Of a DNA stretch of 64,000 nucleotides, positions 28,601 to 39,926 are shown piece by piece. Source of the stretch: Blasia pusilla (lineage: Eukaryota). The position numbers and the translations under genes are program-made. The notes below the pieces were generated by a model, which made no database searches, had not been told where the DNA came from, and saw only the letters and a program-made list of their open reading frames with translations. The stretch lies in assembly GCA_050084515.1 (NCBI GenBank), contig CM114271.1:39494001-39558000 (forward strand), in the 5' to 3' direction. Numbering within the stretch: the stretch's first letter is position 1; each line of letters opens with the position of its first letter.

Positions 28601-31600
28601 TGTATGGCTTTCTCTGCCTCCATCTCTTGTGCCTTCTTCAGTGCTTGCTCTTCAAACCACTCTTTTGGCGTCAACTTGATCAAAAAGTCCTTGTACTTCT
28701 TGCAGTCATCTAGTTGCTCTGCGAACTGTGAAGCAAGTGGGATTCTTACTCAGCTACTTCAAACATTTATCAGCTTCTTCTTACAAAGCAAAAAGACTTG
28801 GAGAGAGCTTTAGGTTCCAGTTACCACCTTATTTGAGAAGGGAGTCTAAGAAAAAACTTATTCTCTACCCACAGGAATGAGTCCCATACATGTGGGACAA
28901 ACCAAATCTCCAAGTCATCACAATAACTTCTACACAACCCAGCAAAACGAGATAGAAAAAGAAAAACTTTCTCAGGTCCAGAGATACGAAATTTGACCAT
29001 TTAAAAGAGTGGAAAATCCTTCTCCACAGGATACATCGGTAAGCATTTTAACCTGCTGCTCAAGTTCAACAATGTAGGGTTGACCTACCTTATTAAGATC
29101 ACTGTTGATGGTAGCAATTTGACTGTTCAACTTTTTTATCTCAATAATCTGCAAGTCCACTGTCATTTGTTTCAGGCAATGTCTTTTAAGTCTCTTGGAA
29201 ATTCCTTTCACATACTGACAACTTGATCTACAGACCTTAAAAAATAACAATTGCTTTAGCTTACACTTCACAATATGACGCTTGAAAGCCTTAAGTGTAC
29301 CTACTTAATCACATTGGAATCATACTACGAAGGATTATGTTGCAACTCATTCTTATTTGAAACTCGGTGAAATCAAGGGCACAAATTAGTCTACTCTTGA
29401 TTTTGCTCATAAATCTTCAGTACTTGATCAGACCAATTGTGCATGGATTCAGATTACTATGATGAACCTTATCTTGCCTCCGCTTGGTTTCCTGTTCAGC
29501 TATCTTGACAGCCTCTTGTACCTGATTTTCAGATTGTACCCCTTATTTAACTTTGGTCAAAGCACAAGCACGATCGTTCAGAAATATACCAATTAAGAAG
29601 TATAACAGCCTGGCGGGGATCAATGCTCAAGAGAAGAATTCACAGTTACACCAAAGTTTGCATGGTTAAAGGCAAGAGTATGCAAGTCTTAAAACGCCCA
29701 ATTGATGACCAGCATCAACTCCACAAGTTTGATGCCCAAATATGGTTGTTCATCACAGGAGCACTATGTTCTATGGGGAGCTGTAGAAACAAGTCTTAAA
29801 ATTTGCAGTCAATTGCATACAATCAGGGAACCCATTATGCTACTAGAAATCACTTCAACAGGACTGTTATGCAGGATAAACCAACCAATACTCTTATATC
29901 AAGCAGATCCCACAATCAATTTCAAGTATTCAGTCTTCACAGATAAACACCCATCTTCACCTGCACTTGAATGAACGTAATCTGCTCTATGTTTTGGCGA
30001 TAGGGTTTCACTCTTAAAGTTTGCAAGAATATAAACTCTCTTGAATACAAAGCGGCAAAATTTCCCTGCTTTGAAAACATTTACTAATAACACTTGGAAG
30101 TATCCTCAAGTGGGTTTTTGGCAGGATACCATAGCATCATTCTTCTTCAAGAAATCATCAAATTGGAGACTATCCTCCTCAAGCAGACGCTCACTTTTTT
30201 TAATAGCCTGCAATTATTCAAGGCCATAAATTAAACCTACTCTGCTCACCCGCAGATCATGCACGGATTCCCTGCCTCTGAAATTAGCCGATTCAGCTGA
30301 AGGTAGATATCTTATACCGAGGTGATCACAAATTCCTTTCATCGGAGAATTGGTATGCACTGTCCCAAAATGGCAACATTATCCATACAGTTCAGTTGCG
30401 GTAAAACTGTGATACCATACTTCATGTCTCTTCTTACACTCTTCCTAATTTTCAATCGGTTCTAAATAGTAGCCATCAGCTTTTCTGACCCAAAGCACAA
30501 AACAGAAAGTGGAGACCCATAGTGTGAAGGTGGAATCAAACCAATGTTTGTGCTTTCAGATTCTTGAGCAAGGCGCGGGGCAACACTGATATATGAAATT
30601 CTCCCTCTTAGAATATTTCTTGAACCAAGACGGACACCATCGTAAATCTTGTATTTTTATCATCATAATTTTTCTCTTCCTCTCAGTATTTGATGAATTA
30701 AGATGCACAACATCATGAGTTGTAGTTGAAACAAACGTGGTAGATAGATGACTTTGAATCCTTGCTGGTGGAAAGGACCAATGACTTAAAAGGGATTAGA
30801 ATAAAACCTCTTCCCGCTGATAAATACGGTCTTGAAGCTTACGAATCTCAGAGCGCCTAGTATCCAAACTCATTTGAACTAAGAAGATTTCTCTTTTTTT
30901 TGCAATAAATTCTTGTATAGTTTCCTGTATGAATTGACGTTAGACCATGTGAGAGAACTTGCTTGGTTGCTTGGTACATTGTGAGGGACGACTACATTAA
31001 CTAAGCCACTGAATGCATGGTTTTGGTAGTTGACATTGACTGTATGAACTTTACGGCTTGAAAGATTGCCAAGAGTCTCCATGTAAATATTAATGTGACT
31101 GAACCACTTACATCATCTCTCTGGTAAAATGTAGTCTGAAGAAGTGGTCTGGGTGCGGTCTTGTTTAGCGCCAGGAGCATATTTTCCCACTCTTTGTTTA
31201 ATTCCCTAAGAATCTGCACCACTTACTAAACAATGACAAGAAGTTATCAAGCGCAAAAGACGTATGAAAATAGTTACAATCTCTAGGACTAAATGCTTGT
31301 GTTTAAGTTCAAAGAAGATAACTATATGGGAATGCACTTTCTTAAATATAGCTTGGATGTGCCTTGTTCTCAATTCCAATTGTTCTCAATTCCAAGACTA
31401 AATTAATAGACGGCATCTCTGTCACTCCAACTAAAGATGCACAGAACGCTTCAGAAACGAGTGACTTAAAACCTGCGGTAATCTCCATAAGCCTTGTTCA
31501 TAGTGTCATACCACTCTTAGCTTTTCTGATCCAACTGCTGCACCCATTCTCGAGGCAAAAGTTGTCTTCTCTCTAACTGACCACACTGCCTGCTCCCTCC

Positions 31601-34600
31601 TCTCTTTTTTTTCCCTCTTCCTCTGAAGGTCTCTGATACGAAAAACCTTGTCATCTTCTGGCATGACGAAGGGTTCCTTCGCCCACTCCCTGTGGATGTA
31701 ACAGGCTGAGAATCTTCAAAATCCTCCACATAAGCTGTTGGTCCACAATGATTTCTCAAGAGAATTTTATTGAGGCCATGTAAATTGAGGAAGAGCTTTC
31801 ACATTCATATCCTTATGTGGTACCAAAGAACGGGATTGGACCAACCTGCCAACTGATTTTGCTGTCTCCAAGCGAAGTTTACCACAAGCTCTTCTAGATT
31901 GTGAGGTTTCATCTCAACATACACCCACAACCCTTTCAGCATTAGAATGTCCATCATGGTTCTGGACCATTCTCTATAGTTCCCACCATCTAACTTCTCT
32001 ACACTGCTGAAATCACTAAGGAGAAGGGTTTGGGGTGGGCCCATAACCTGAGAATATGATTGACCAGCAGAAGTATCTCCTTGTACAAAGTCAGAGCTAG
32101 CATCAGCTAGACCATCCATGATTTCAGCTTGTACACAATCAGCAAATCAGTTCCTATCTCTATTGCCAAATCAGAGCCCTACCATGATGTGACTCTTCTT
32201 ACTATCTAAGAGATACTAAGAAGGATTCTACTCAGCCACACCTTGCACTCACACTACAGGTCCTCACATGTCACCAGCTCAGAGATCAGACATGGCTCAC
32301 CATTGAGCACAAACAATCTCCATCAGCATACTAGACAAAACAACCTGCCTTCCAGTGAGGCTCTAGCAAGCACAGCAATTAGTCTCAATCTCCTCTTCCT
32401 ACTCTCTGATCACTCTGCAGCAGGACCAAGAGCCTCAGGAGTCCTCACCAAAACTGTGCATGCTGTAGAATTGACTTCTGCTCTCTAAACAGAGACATTA
32501 CATACATCAGGGTGAGCACTTCTGGCCCTTAGATCTTCTTGAACAGATCCATACCCTAAATAACAGATGGTGGCTAACCCTAACTCGAGAATTGCCCTAA
32601 TTCAAGGTTACCCTAAAAGATAGAGGAACACTAAGTTATCTCTAGCTAACTAAATTAGTATCCAACTAAGTTAGTATCTGACTAACCAATTTTAGAGCAT
32701 GACTAAACTAGATATTAACAAATTTCAACACTCCCTCTTAATGAGAGTTTAGAGTAATGCCCATCATAGATATACACTTTCTATGTTTGTCCTGTGACAG
32801 AGGTTTGGTCAGGACATCAGCTGCCATATTCTCTGTTGGACAGTAAACCAAGGAGATTTCTCTTCCTATCATTTCTCTTACAAAGTGATGTTTGATGTCT
32901 ATGTGTTTTGTTCTAGGATGATGAACAGGATTTTTGCTTAATGCAATACTTCCTTTGTTGTCAACCTGTAGGGATGTAGGAGTCATCTGTTCATATCCAA
33001 GATCATTCAATAAGCTCCTTAACCAGATCACCTCCTGAGCAGCAAGAGAAAGCGCCATGTACTCTGCCTCAGTTGTAGAGAGTGCAACAGTTCTTTGTTT
33101 CTTACTGCACCAGCTGATCACCCCTCCACTTAACAAGAAGACATATCCACTTGTTGATCTTCTTTCATCAGTATCATCTCCCCAACTTGCATCTGAAAAC
33201 CCTTCCAAGATTGGTCCATTTTCTTGATGCCTGTATTCCAAGTATGTTCTTGTTGTGCCACGCAAATATCTGAGTACTCTCTTCAGACATTTCCAATGTT
33301 CTATTGTAGGTTTGCTGGTGTACCTGGCTAAGACACCAACTGGGTATGCTAAGTCTGCTCTGGTACAGACCATAGCAAACATCAATGACCCTACAGCACT
33401 TTAATATAGTGCTTGCAAATTGTCAACCTTTTCAGTTGAAATTCCCATATCTTTGCTGAGTTTGCAGCCAGGATCTAGGGGTGTTGATACAGGCTTACAA
33501 TCTTGCATGTTGTACCTGATCAAGATACTCTCTATATACTTTTCTTGACTCAATCGTATCCAGCTCTCTTCCCGATTTCTCTCAATCTGAATCCCCAATA
33601 GCCACTTTGCTGGACCCAGATCAACCATCTCAAAGTTGCGACAGAGGTCTTTCTTCACTCTCTTTACAGTGTCTAAGCTCCCTCCTAGCATCAGAAGATC
33701 ATCAACATACAATGCTATGTACATAGTGGAGTCTAAGGAGTACACTCCTTGATCTGCATTGCTACGTTGGAATCCTTTCCTGATCAGGTAAGCATCCATC
33801 TTCTCATACCAGCATCTAGGTGCTTGCTTTAGGCCATAAAGGGCTTTCTTCAAGAGACACACCTTGCCTGGATGAGTATAACCATCTGGTACCTCCATGT
33901 AGATCTCCTCTTTCAGTTCTCCATTTAAGAATGCAGTCTTCACATCCATCTGTTCCACCTCCCAATTATGTTGAGCTGCTAATGCCAAGAGAACTCTAAT
34001 GGATCCATACCTTGCAACAGGAGCAAAGGTCTCCTGATAGTCTAAACCAGCCTCCTGATTGAAGCCTTTTGCAACCAGACGTGCCTTGTACTTCAAGATC
34101 TCATTCTTTGGTCCCCTTTTTATTCTGAAGACCCATTTGCAACCAATGGTCTTTCTACCAGGTGGCAAATCTACAAACTCCCATGTCTCATTTTTCTCTA
34201 ATGAGATCTTTTCTTCTGCCACAGCCTGCTCCCACTGTTTGAATCATTCCTGCTCATAGCCTCACTCAAAGAGTTGGGCTCTACAACTCCTTCTTCAATA
34301 GAATGAGCTTCGTTTATCCCCAACCTTTCTACAGGTTTGAAATTCTTCCAGATCTCCTTTGCTCTGAGATCTCCTTGATCACTCCCTCTGTGGACTCATG
34401 TGCCTCTAGAACTTGCTTGGCTGCACTTCTCCTTTGGTACACCTTCATAGGCTGATCATTTTCAACATGATCTTCCTCTCTTACACCTTGGGTGCAAGTA
34501 TCTAATCCTCCACTACATTCTGCAAGTGTATCCTTTGATACTTCCTCCTTATCAGCATCTTGATGTGAGTTCGACACTACAGGGATGTTTACAGGAGTGA

Positions 34601-37600
34601 CAACAGAAGTGATTACTGGCATCACTCTGGTGACCATTGACTCTTTGTGCTCAGAGTCTTTCCAAAACTCTTCTCATCAAAAGTCACATCATTGCTTTGA
34701 ATTGCCTTGCAGGTTCTAGGATTATACAACATGTATCCTTTCAGCCCTTCTTCATACCCAACAAATATGTACTTGTCAGCCTTTGCATCTAGTTTCCTCC
34801 TTTGTGTATCAGGGGTGAGGGCATAGCCAACACAACCAAACACTTTCAATCTAGAAATGTCAGGTTTCTTACCAGACCAGCACTCTTCTGGAGTTACATT
34901 CTTCAAGGCCGCTGTGGGACTGATGTTCCTCAGATAATTCGCTGTCATGATAGCTGCTCCCCAGAATTCTTGACCAAGCTTGGCATGTTGCAACATGCTC
35001 AAGGCTTTCTCTTGCAAGGTTCTATTCAGCCTTTCAGCTACTCCATTTTGGTGGGGGCTGTCACGTGCCGTAACATCTTTTAATATCCCCTTGGCTGAGA
35101 GATATGCTTGAAAGTCTTTACTTGCATATTCTCCTCCTCCATCAGACCTAAGTCTCTTCACTCTTCGTTCAACTTGCCTCTCTGTCATGTTGACAAAGAT
35201 AACAAATTTCTCTAGAACTTGAGCCTTGCTGCTTATCAGGTACACAAAGCTCTTTCTACTCTTGTCGTCCACAAATGACACAAAATAGCGTGCTCCTCCT
35301 AGTGACTTTACAGGCATTGGTCCACACACATCAGAGTGAATCAGGTCCAATAATCTTTCAGACCTGTTAAGTGACCTTCTGGGAGCGGGTGACTTGTGAG
35401 CTTTCCTTGCACACAAGCCTCACAGAACTCAAGCTTCTGTGACTTCTCAATCTCCACACCACATGACATTCCTTGCAGAGCTCGAATGCTGTGTTCCGAT
35501 AGGTGCCCCAATCTGCAATGCCACAGATTCAGCAAGCTCCTATTCTCAGTGAGATTTACCTGCTCCTCTGGATCACATTCCAGCAGTTTGAACAAATTTC
35601 CTTGTACCACTCCTCGGCACAAGACTTTCCCATTTCTTTCAAGTGTGCAAGTCTGGTTTGAGTTCCAGAAGTGCACATCAATTCCTGCCTCCAATAATTT
35701 CTTAACTGACAACAGATTTTTATGTAATCTGCAACATATAACACTCCATGCAGCTGCCATTTCATCAATTTGCTTCATCAGCACTGAAGAAAATAGAAAC
35801 TGAGCCAACCCCTCCCACAGGACTTAACAATCCAGAAGCACTTCTCACGTGATGATTACTTGCTGGTTTTAGGTCTGAGAACAACTCCTCTTGATAACAG
35901 ACATGTGATGTTGCACCGAGTCCACCCACCATCCACTGCTCCTCTTGAGATCTTTCTCACACGAGGCCATCATGAAAGAACAGCAACTTTCATCAGATGT
36001 GTATTCAGTAGTCATCACTCCAGCAACCTTTGCCTTATCCTTCTCCCTGTAGGAGTACTTTGCTTCTCCATCAACTTCTCTTGATTCTTGACTGCAGATC
36101 CACTCCTTTTAACTTTCTCTCCCCTTTTCAACTTCTTTGGACAATTGCGAGCAAGATGTCCCTTCTCTGCACAAATGTAACAAGTTCTGGTCTCTTTCCA
36201 CTTCCTATCCCTGTTGAGCATGACTGTTTCTTCCACAATCACCTCTCGCTTCTGATCATATCTCAGGAGCTTGTTGGTCACAGATTCCCATGTAAGCAAA
36301 TCTGCCTCCCAGGTTTCAAAGATTGTAACCATTGTATCAAATCGAGGAGGTAAGGAGGATAGCAACAGGGCTACCTTCCATATAGGAATCAGTTCCTGTC
36401 CAACTGCTTTCACTTCTGCAAAAGTTGACTCCATTTTGGCAATGTGAGCTGCAACTCTATCTGTGTCAGCCATCCTTGTCCAGCTCAATGTCTTCCATCT
36501 TTGCATAGCTAGAGTCAAAGCTGACTCCTTGTTCAAACTCTTCAGCTTGGACCAGATCTCCCAAGCATTGCTTATACCATCCACCAACTCCCTCATAGAG
36601 GAGTTCAGGGTCTGTTTGAGTAAGATAGCTGCCAACTGATTTTGCTGTCTCCAAGCGAAGTTTACCACAAGCTCTTCTAGATTGTGAGGTTTCATCTCAA
36701 CATACACCCACAACCCTTTCAGCATTAGAATGTCCATCATGGTTCTGGACCATTCTCTATAGTTCCCACCATCTAACTTCTCTACACTGCTGAAATCACT
36801 AAGGAGAAGGGTTTGGGGTGGGCCCATAACCTGAGAATATGATTGACCAGCAGAAGTATCTCCTTGTACAAAGTCAGAGCTAGCATCAGCTAGACCATCC
36901 ATGATTTCAGCTTGTACACAATCAGCAAATCAGTTCCTATCTCTATTGCCAAATCAGAGCCCTACCATGATGTGACTCTTCTTACTATCTAAGAGATACT
37001 AAGAAGGATTCTACTCAGCCACACCTTGCACTCACACTACAGGTCCTCACATGTCACCAGCTCAGAGATCAGACATGGCTCACCATTGAGCACAAACAAT
37101 CTCCATCAGCATACTAGACAAAACAACCTGCCTTCCAGTGAGGCTCTAGCAAGCACAGCAATTAGTCTCAATCTCCTCTTCCTACTCTCTGATCACTCTG
37201 CAGCAGGACCAAGAGCCTCAGGAGTCCTCACCAAAACTGTGCATGCTGTAGAATTGACTTCTGCTCTCTAAACAGAGACATTACATACATCAGGGTGAGC
37301 ACTTCTGGCCCTTAGATCTTCTTGAACAGATCCATACCCTAAATAACAGATGGTGGCTAACCCTAACTCGAGAATTGCCCTAATTCAAGGTTACCCTAAA
37401 AGATAGAGGAACACTAAGTTATCTCTAGCTAACTAAATTAGTATCCAACTAAGTTAGTATCTGACTAACCAATTTTAGAGCATGACTAAACTAGATATTA
37501 ACAAATTTCAACAGATGTAACAGGCTGAGAATCTTCAAAATCCTCCACATAAGCTGTTGGTCCACAATGATTTCTCAAGACAATTTTATTGAGGCCATGT

Positions 37601-39239
37601 AAATTGAGGAAGAGCTTTCACATTCATATCCTTATGTGGTACCAAAGAACGGGATTGGACCATGATCACAACAACTTGTCAAGGATTGCTTCTGGAAACT
37701 GTTTCTCGGTCACATACATGATGACTCTCATCAAAGAAGTAGATTATTTCCAACCCGTGAATGGATCAACTTGTACGCGTAGATGTAGATTCAAACCACA
37801 AGAAGCTTCACGGATGTGGAAAGGGAAAGGCAGACCTGCAAACGTCATCCTTTTCCCAATCTTCCGGTTCCACAGGCTTCTGTATTTCCACATCCTCGTG
37901 TAACTCTTGGACTTCTTCTGACATATACTCGAGTTCCTCTTCCAGGAGACTCTGGTGAGTCCAAAGTACAATGTTCAGTGAGAAACCCATCACTTTAAGT
38001 TCCTTGATAGAAGCCTTGCAAGAAATGCATTTGGGACACAATCACGAGATGGTGATTGAACACATTCATTGGACAGTGATCCTGCAAACTAACAATGAGG
38101 ACAGGGAGATGCAGAGCTTCAACAAGTATCAATAAGTTCAACTGTTCCAAAGTGTTGTATTTATTTGGTCTGTGACTTTCATTAACACCCGGAAAAAATC
38201 ACCAGACATCAAAGTCTATGTACTTGAGTGTGCTAATGTCTATGAGCCTGCACTGGGGGCATATAAATATAAGTGTATACAAATTTCTCGAGGCTCGGAA
38301 ATCCAGCCATTCCAAATTCTTCTCTTTTCACATTCCCTGGGTAGAGGAAGTGCCAAAGTCGGACTCCTCAGAAAAACTGTCTATCACTTAGCAAACATGA
38401 CGAGTAGATCAGCTGCAGGCTTCTTACGAGTTTGATCACAATTCAAGAGGCTAAAAGTTGAGACTTACATTGATGGAACCCCGCAGATAAGAACCCACAG
38501 AGGATTTTCGTGGTTCCGAAGCAACATCGAATGAATCTGGGACCTGCATTAATTAAGACCCACATTCACCAGAGTATTAATGTGGCTCTGCAGATCATTC
38601 CAGGCGAAAGGGGTTGGCAAGCTGCTTCATGGAACACAAATAGATAGCCTGTTACTAATCTCACTATATTTTGAAGTCTTTTCAAAAGCCAATGAAATGG
38701 ACCCAGCAACATTAGACAGAACGCAGACAAGGTAGGCTGTCTCCTCCAAACCCTAAACTTTCTCCTCGTCAGGCAAACTGTAAAGCTGACATACCCCTCT
38801 AGTATTCTCAAGCGAGAAATATTTGACGCAGCGAAACGAGAACTCAAGTTTGAGCACATTGTTATTACGACACCGACATATACCCTCAAGTACAGCTCAA
38901 GTACTACTCCTTCAGACAGTAGATGCCATATCACAAAAGACAAAGGTAGTATGGTCATACTACCTTCAGGAATGAGGCATCAGGAGCAAGCGCTCTGAGA
39001 AAAGCATCTGCTTGGCTGTCAGTTCGTGCCCTGATCAAAGCATCCGCCTCACTGACAGTGCGAGTTTTGAAAAATATATCCGTCTGGCTGGGACTTCTCA
39101 AGGAGATCCCTCTGAGTGGAACTGGAGGTGTGCTTTCGTCCCGTGCAGTGGCAGTTGTTGGTGTCGTAGTCATTGCTGTGACGTCAACAACTGCTCCTAC
39201 ACCGGAGCCCACATCGTCTTTCGTTGCTGCTGTGGTCAT
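25468..39239 (-). CDS. CFAP100: CFAP100/CCDC37-family (DUF4200) cilia- and flagella-associated coiled-coil protein, multi-exon gene span; 5' end uncertain
   Basis: Ten phase-compatible exons spell EFIAKKREIFLVQMSLDTRRSEIRKL..AIKKSERLLEEDSLQFDDFLKKND..VQEAVKIAEQETK..IEIKKLN..EQLDDCKKYKDFLIKLTPKEWF..MYFQQPRQLLEIFSDLEVENL..APIFKRLGKP, recognised as FAP100-like. Confidence 0.88.
26704..26874 (-). CDS. CFAP100: CFAP100 exon
   Basis: cag|AKLEENLVCVDHIPDEYVEQQERLREKDRRLKVRQQKL...SLERAR|gt; 171 nt. Confidence 0.88.
27107..27301 (-). CDS. CFAP100: CFAP100 exon
   Basis: tag|AIEVAVKNEDDRQR...LEQLTKKVVETYARVG...LSPIQLLTNIE|gt; 195 nt. Confidence 0.88.
27647..27802 (-). CDS. CFAP100: CFAP100 exon (donor is either GC after 27647 or GT after 27638)
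   Basis: cag|LLEIFSDLEVENLALMQQSQDVEGALEVLKTKF...RTQLQ. Confidence 0.85.
28064..28152 (-). CDS. CFAP100: CFAP100 exon (alternative acceptor at 28131)
   Basis: ...PGDDIDDEVEVEETMYFQQPRQ|gt; phase-1 start is compatible with the upstream exon. Confidence 0.75.
28545..28725 (-). CDS. CFAP100: CFAP100 exon
   Basis: cag|FAEQLDDCKKYKDFLIKLTPKEWFEEQALKK...KFH g|gt. Confidence 0.85.
29089..29148 (-). CDS. CFAP100: CFAP100 exon
   Basis: cag|IIEIKKLNSQIATINSDLNK|gtagg. Confidence 0.88.
29468..29521 (-). CDS. CFAP100: CFAP100 exon
   Basis: cag|VQEAVKIAEQETKRRQDK|gt. Confidence 0.88.
30130..30207 (-). CDS. CFAP100: CFAP100 exon
   Basis: cag|AIKKSERLLEEDSLQFDDFLKKNDAM|gt. Confidence 0.9.
30808..30924 (-). 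CDS. CFAP100: CFAP100 exon (start of DUF4200)
   Basis: cag|ETIQEFIAKKREIFLVQMSLDTRRSEIRKLQDRIYQREE|gt. Confidence 0.9.
31695..31843. repeat. 149-bp flank duplication, left copy (right copy 37514-37662)
   Basis: gatgtaacaggctgag...gggattggacca is present on both sides of the Copia insertion, with one mismatch seen. Confidence 0.95.
32049..32730 (-). repeat. Copia 3' LTR
   Basis: Copy of 36832-37513 (offset 4783); preceded on the minus strand by PPT agagggag (32731-32738). Confidence 0.93.
32738..36902 (-). pseudogene. Copia gag-pol (gag, zinc knuckle, protease, GAG-pre-integrase, integrase, RT, RNase H) with a few breaks
   Basis: CYICAEKGHLARNC; WHCRLGH; LIHSDVCGP...RSDGGGEY...NGVAERLNRTL; YKARLVAKG, QMDVKTAFLNG, LYVDDLL; FSDASWG, STTEAEY, RTKHIDIKHHF. 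Confidence 0.96.
36817..36831 (-). other. Primer binding site complementary to the internal (anticodon-arm) half of tRNAi-Met
   Basis: Minus strand ...tctCA|GGTTATGGGCCCACC is complementary to GGUGGGCCCAUAACC of plant initiator tRNA. Confidence 0.85.
36832..37513 (-). repeat. Copia 5' LTR
   Basis: Minus strand TGTTGAAAT...TTCTCA, directly followed by the PBS. Confidence 0.93.
37514..37662. repeat. 149-bp flank duplication, right copy
   Basis: Matches 31695-31843 and abuts the LTR end exactly. Confidence 0.95.
38964..39239 (-). CDS. Candidate first coding exon of CFAP100
   Basis: ATG at 39239, open frame MTTAATKDD...LRSPSQTDIFFKTR...ASFLK|gta; the phase-0 donor fits the 30924 acceptor. Homology is weak. 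Confidence 0.4.
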
Positions 39240-39882
39240 ATTTGTATCCCCTACCGAACTTGCAGCCAAACTTTCCTTTCACGCACCTACTTCGCAGTTG
39301 ATGAAGTCCAAGGATGGGGCACCCAATGTCGGCGAGTAGCAATTGTCACCCACATTTGTCGTATCGTGATCAAATATTTGTGACCAATTTCGTGTGTGAA
39401 GACTAGTATCAAATTGTGAAGTCATTGCACTTCTTTGCGCGCTCTCCTCCAACGAAGTTAGATATTCAAGCCTCAATTAGGCTCAATGCAAAGTGAGCAC
39501 AATTGTACCCCTTGAAGCTCCATGGGTCTCCATGAGAAATGGACTCAACTCATCCATTTCCTGCTATTTGATATGGGCTCATCCCAAACGCACAGCGCAA
39601 ATTAACAAAACGTATAAGTCAGCTATCTCCTGCCAAAACAACCTTCAGCAACTCTGCCCATGGCCCACCTCACCTTTGGGGCAATGATGCAGAAACCTTG
39701 GCAAGCACATATCATCACTTCCTTGCCAATCTTTTGGCAGATGCAAGGTTAGAAATTGCACGTTACAGGAGAACAAGAACGGTGCACCGAATTAGAGCGT
39801 AGTGGGTGGCAATCGACGTCCACAATGACAGTTACAAAGATAGTAGGAACCGCATTCCTCATCTGTCGCGTGGATGCAATTC

Positions 39883-39926
39883 CATCCATCCATCCATCCA
39901 TCCATCCATCAATCAATCAATCAATC
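39883..39926. repeat. Compound (CCAT)n(CAAT)n microsatellite
   Basis: ccatccatccatcc...caatcaatcaatc. Confidence 0.85.

Larger units (their letters stand above)
31846..37513 (-). mobile_element. Ty1/Copia LTR retrotransposon (32049-37513) plus an extra PBS+gag fragment (31846-32048)
   Basis: Two apparently identical 682-bp LTRs (TG..CA), domain order gag-PR-IN-RT-RH, PBS and PPT present. Confidence 0.97.

Noticed and set aside
36952-36967. TGGTAGGGCTCTGAT on the minus strand as a possible (partly inverted) Met PBS, with the LTR ending near 36970
   Set aside because: It does not match the tRNAi-Met 3' end. A 15-nt half-tRNA PBS directly after CA at 36832 explains the boundary better.
37808-37960. 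Acidic ORF (LLEEELEYMSEEVQEL) as a possible CFAP100 exon
   Set aside because: No recognisable homology and no clear phase-compatible donor.
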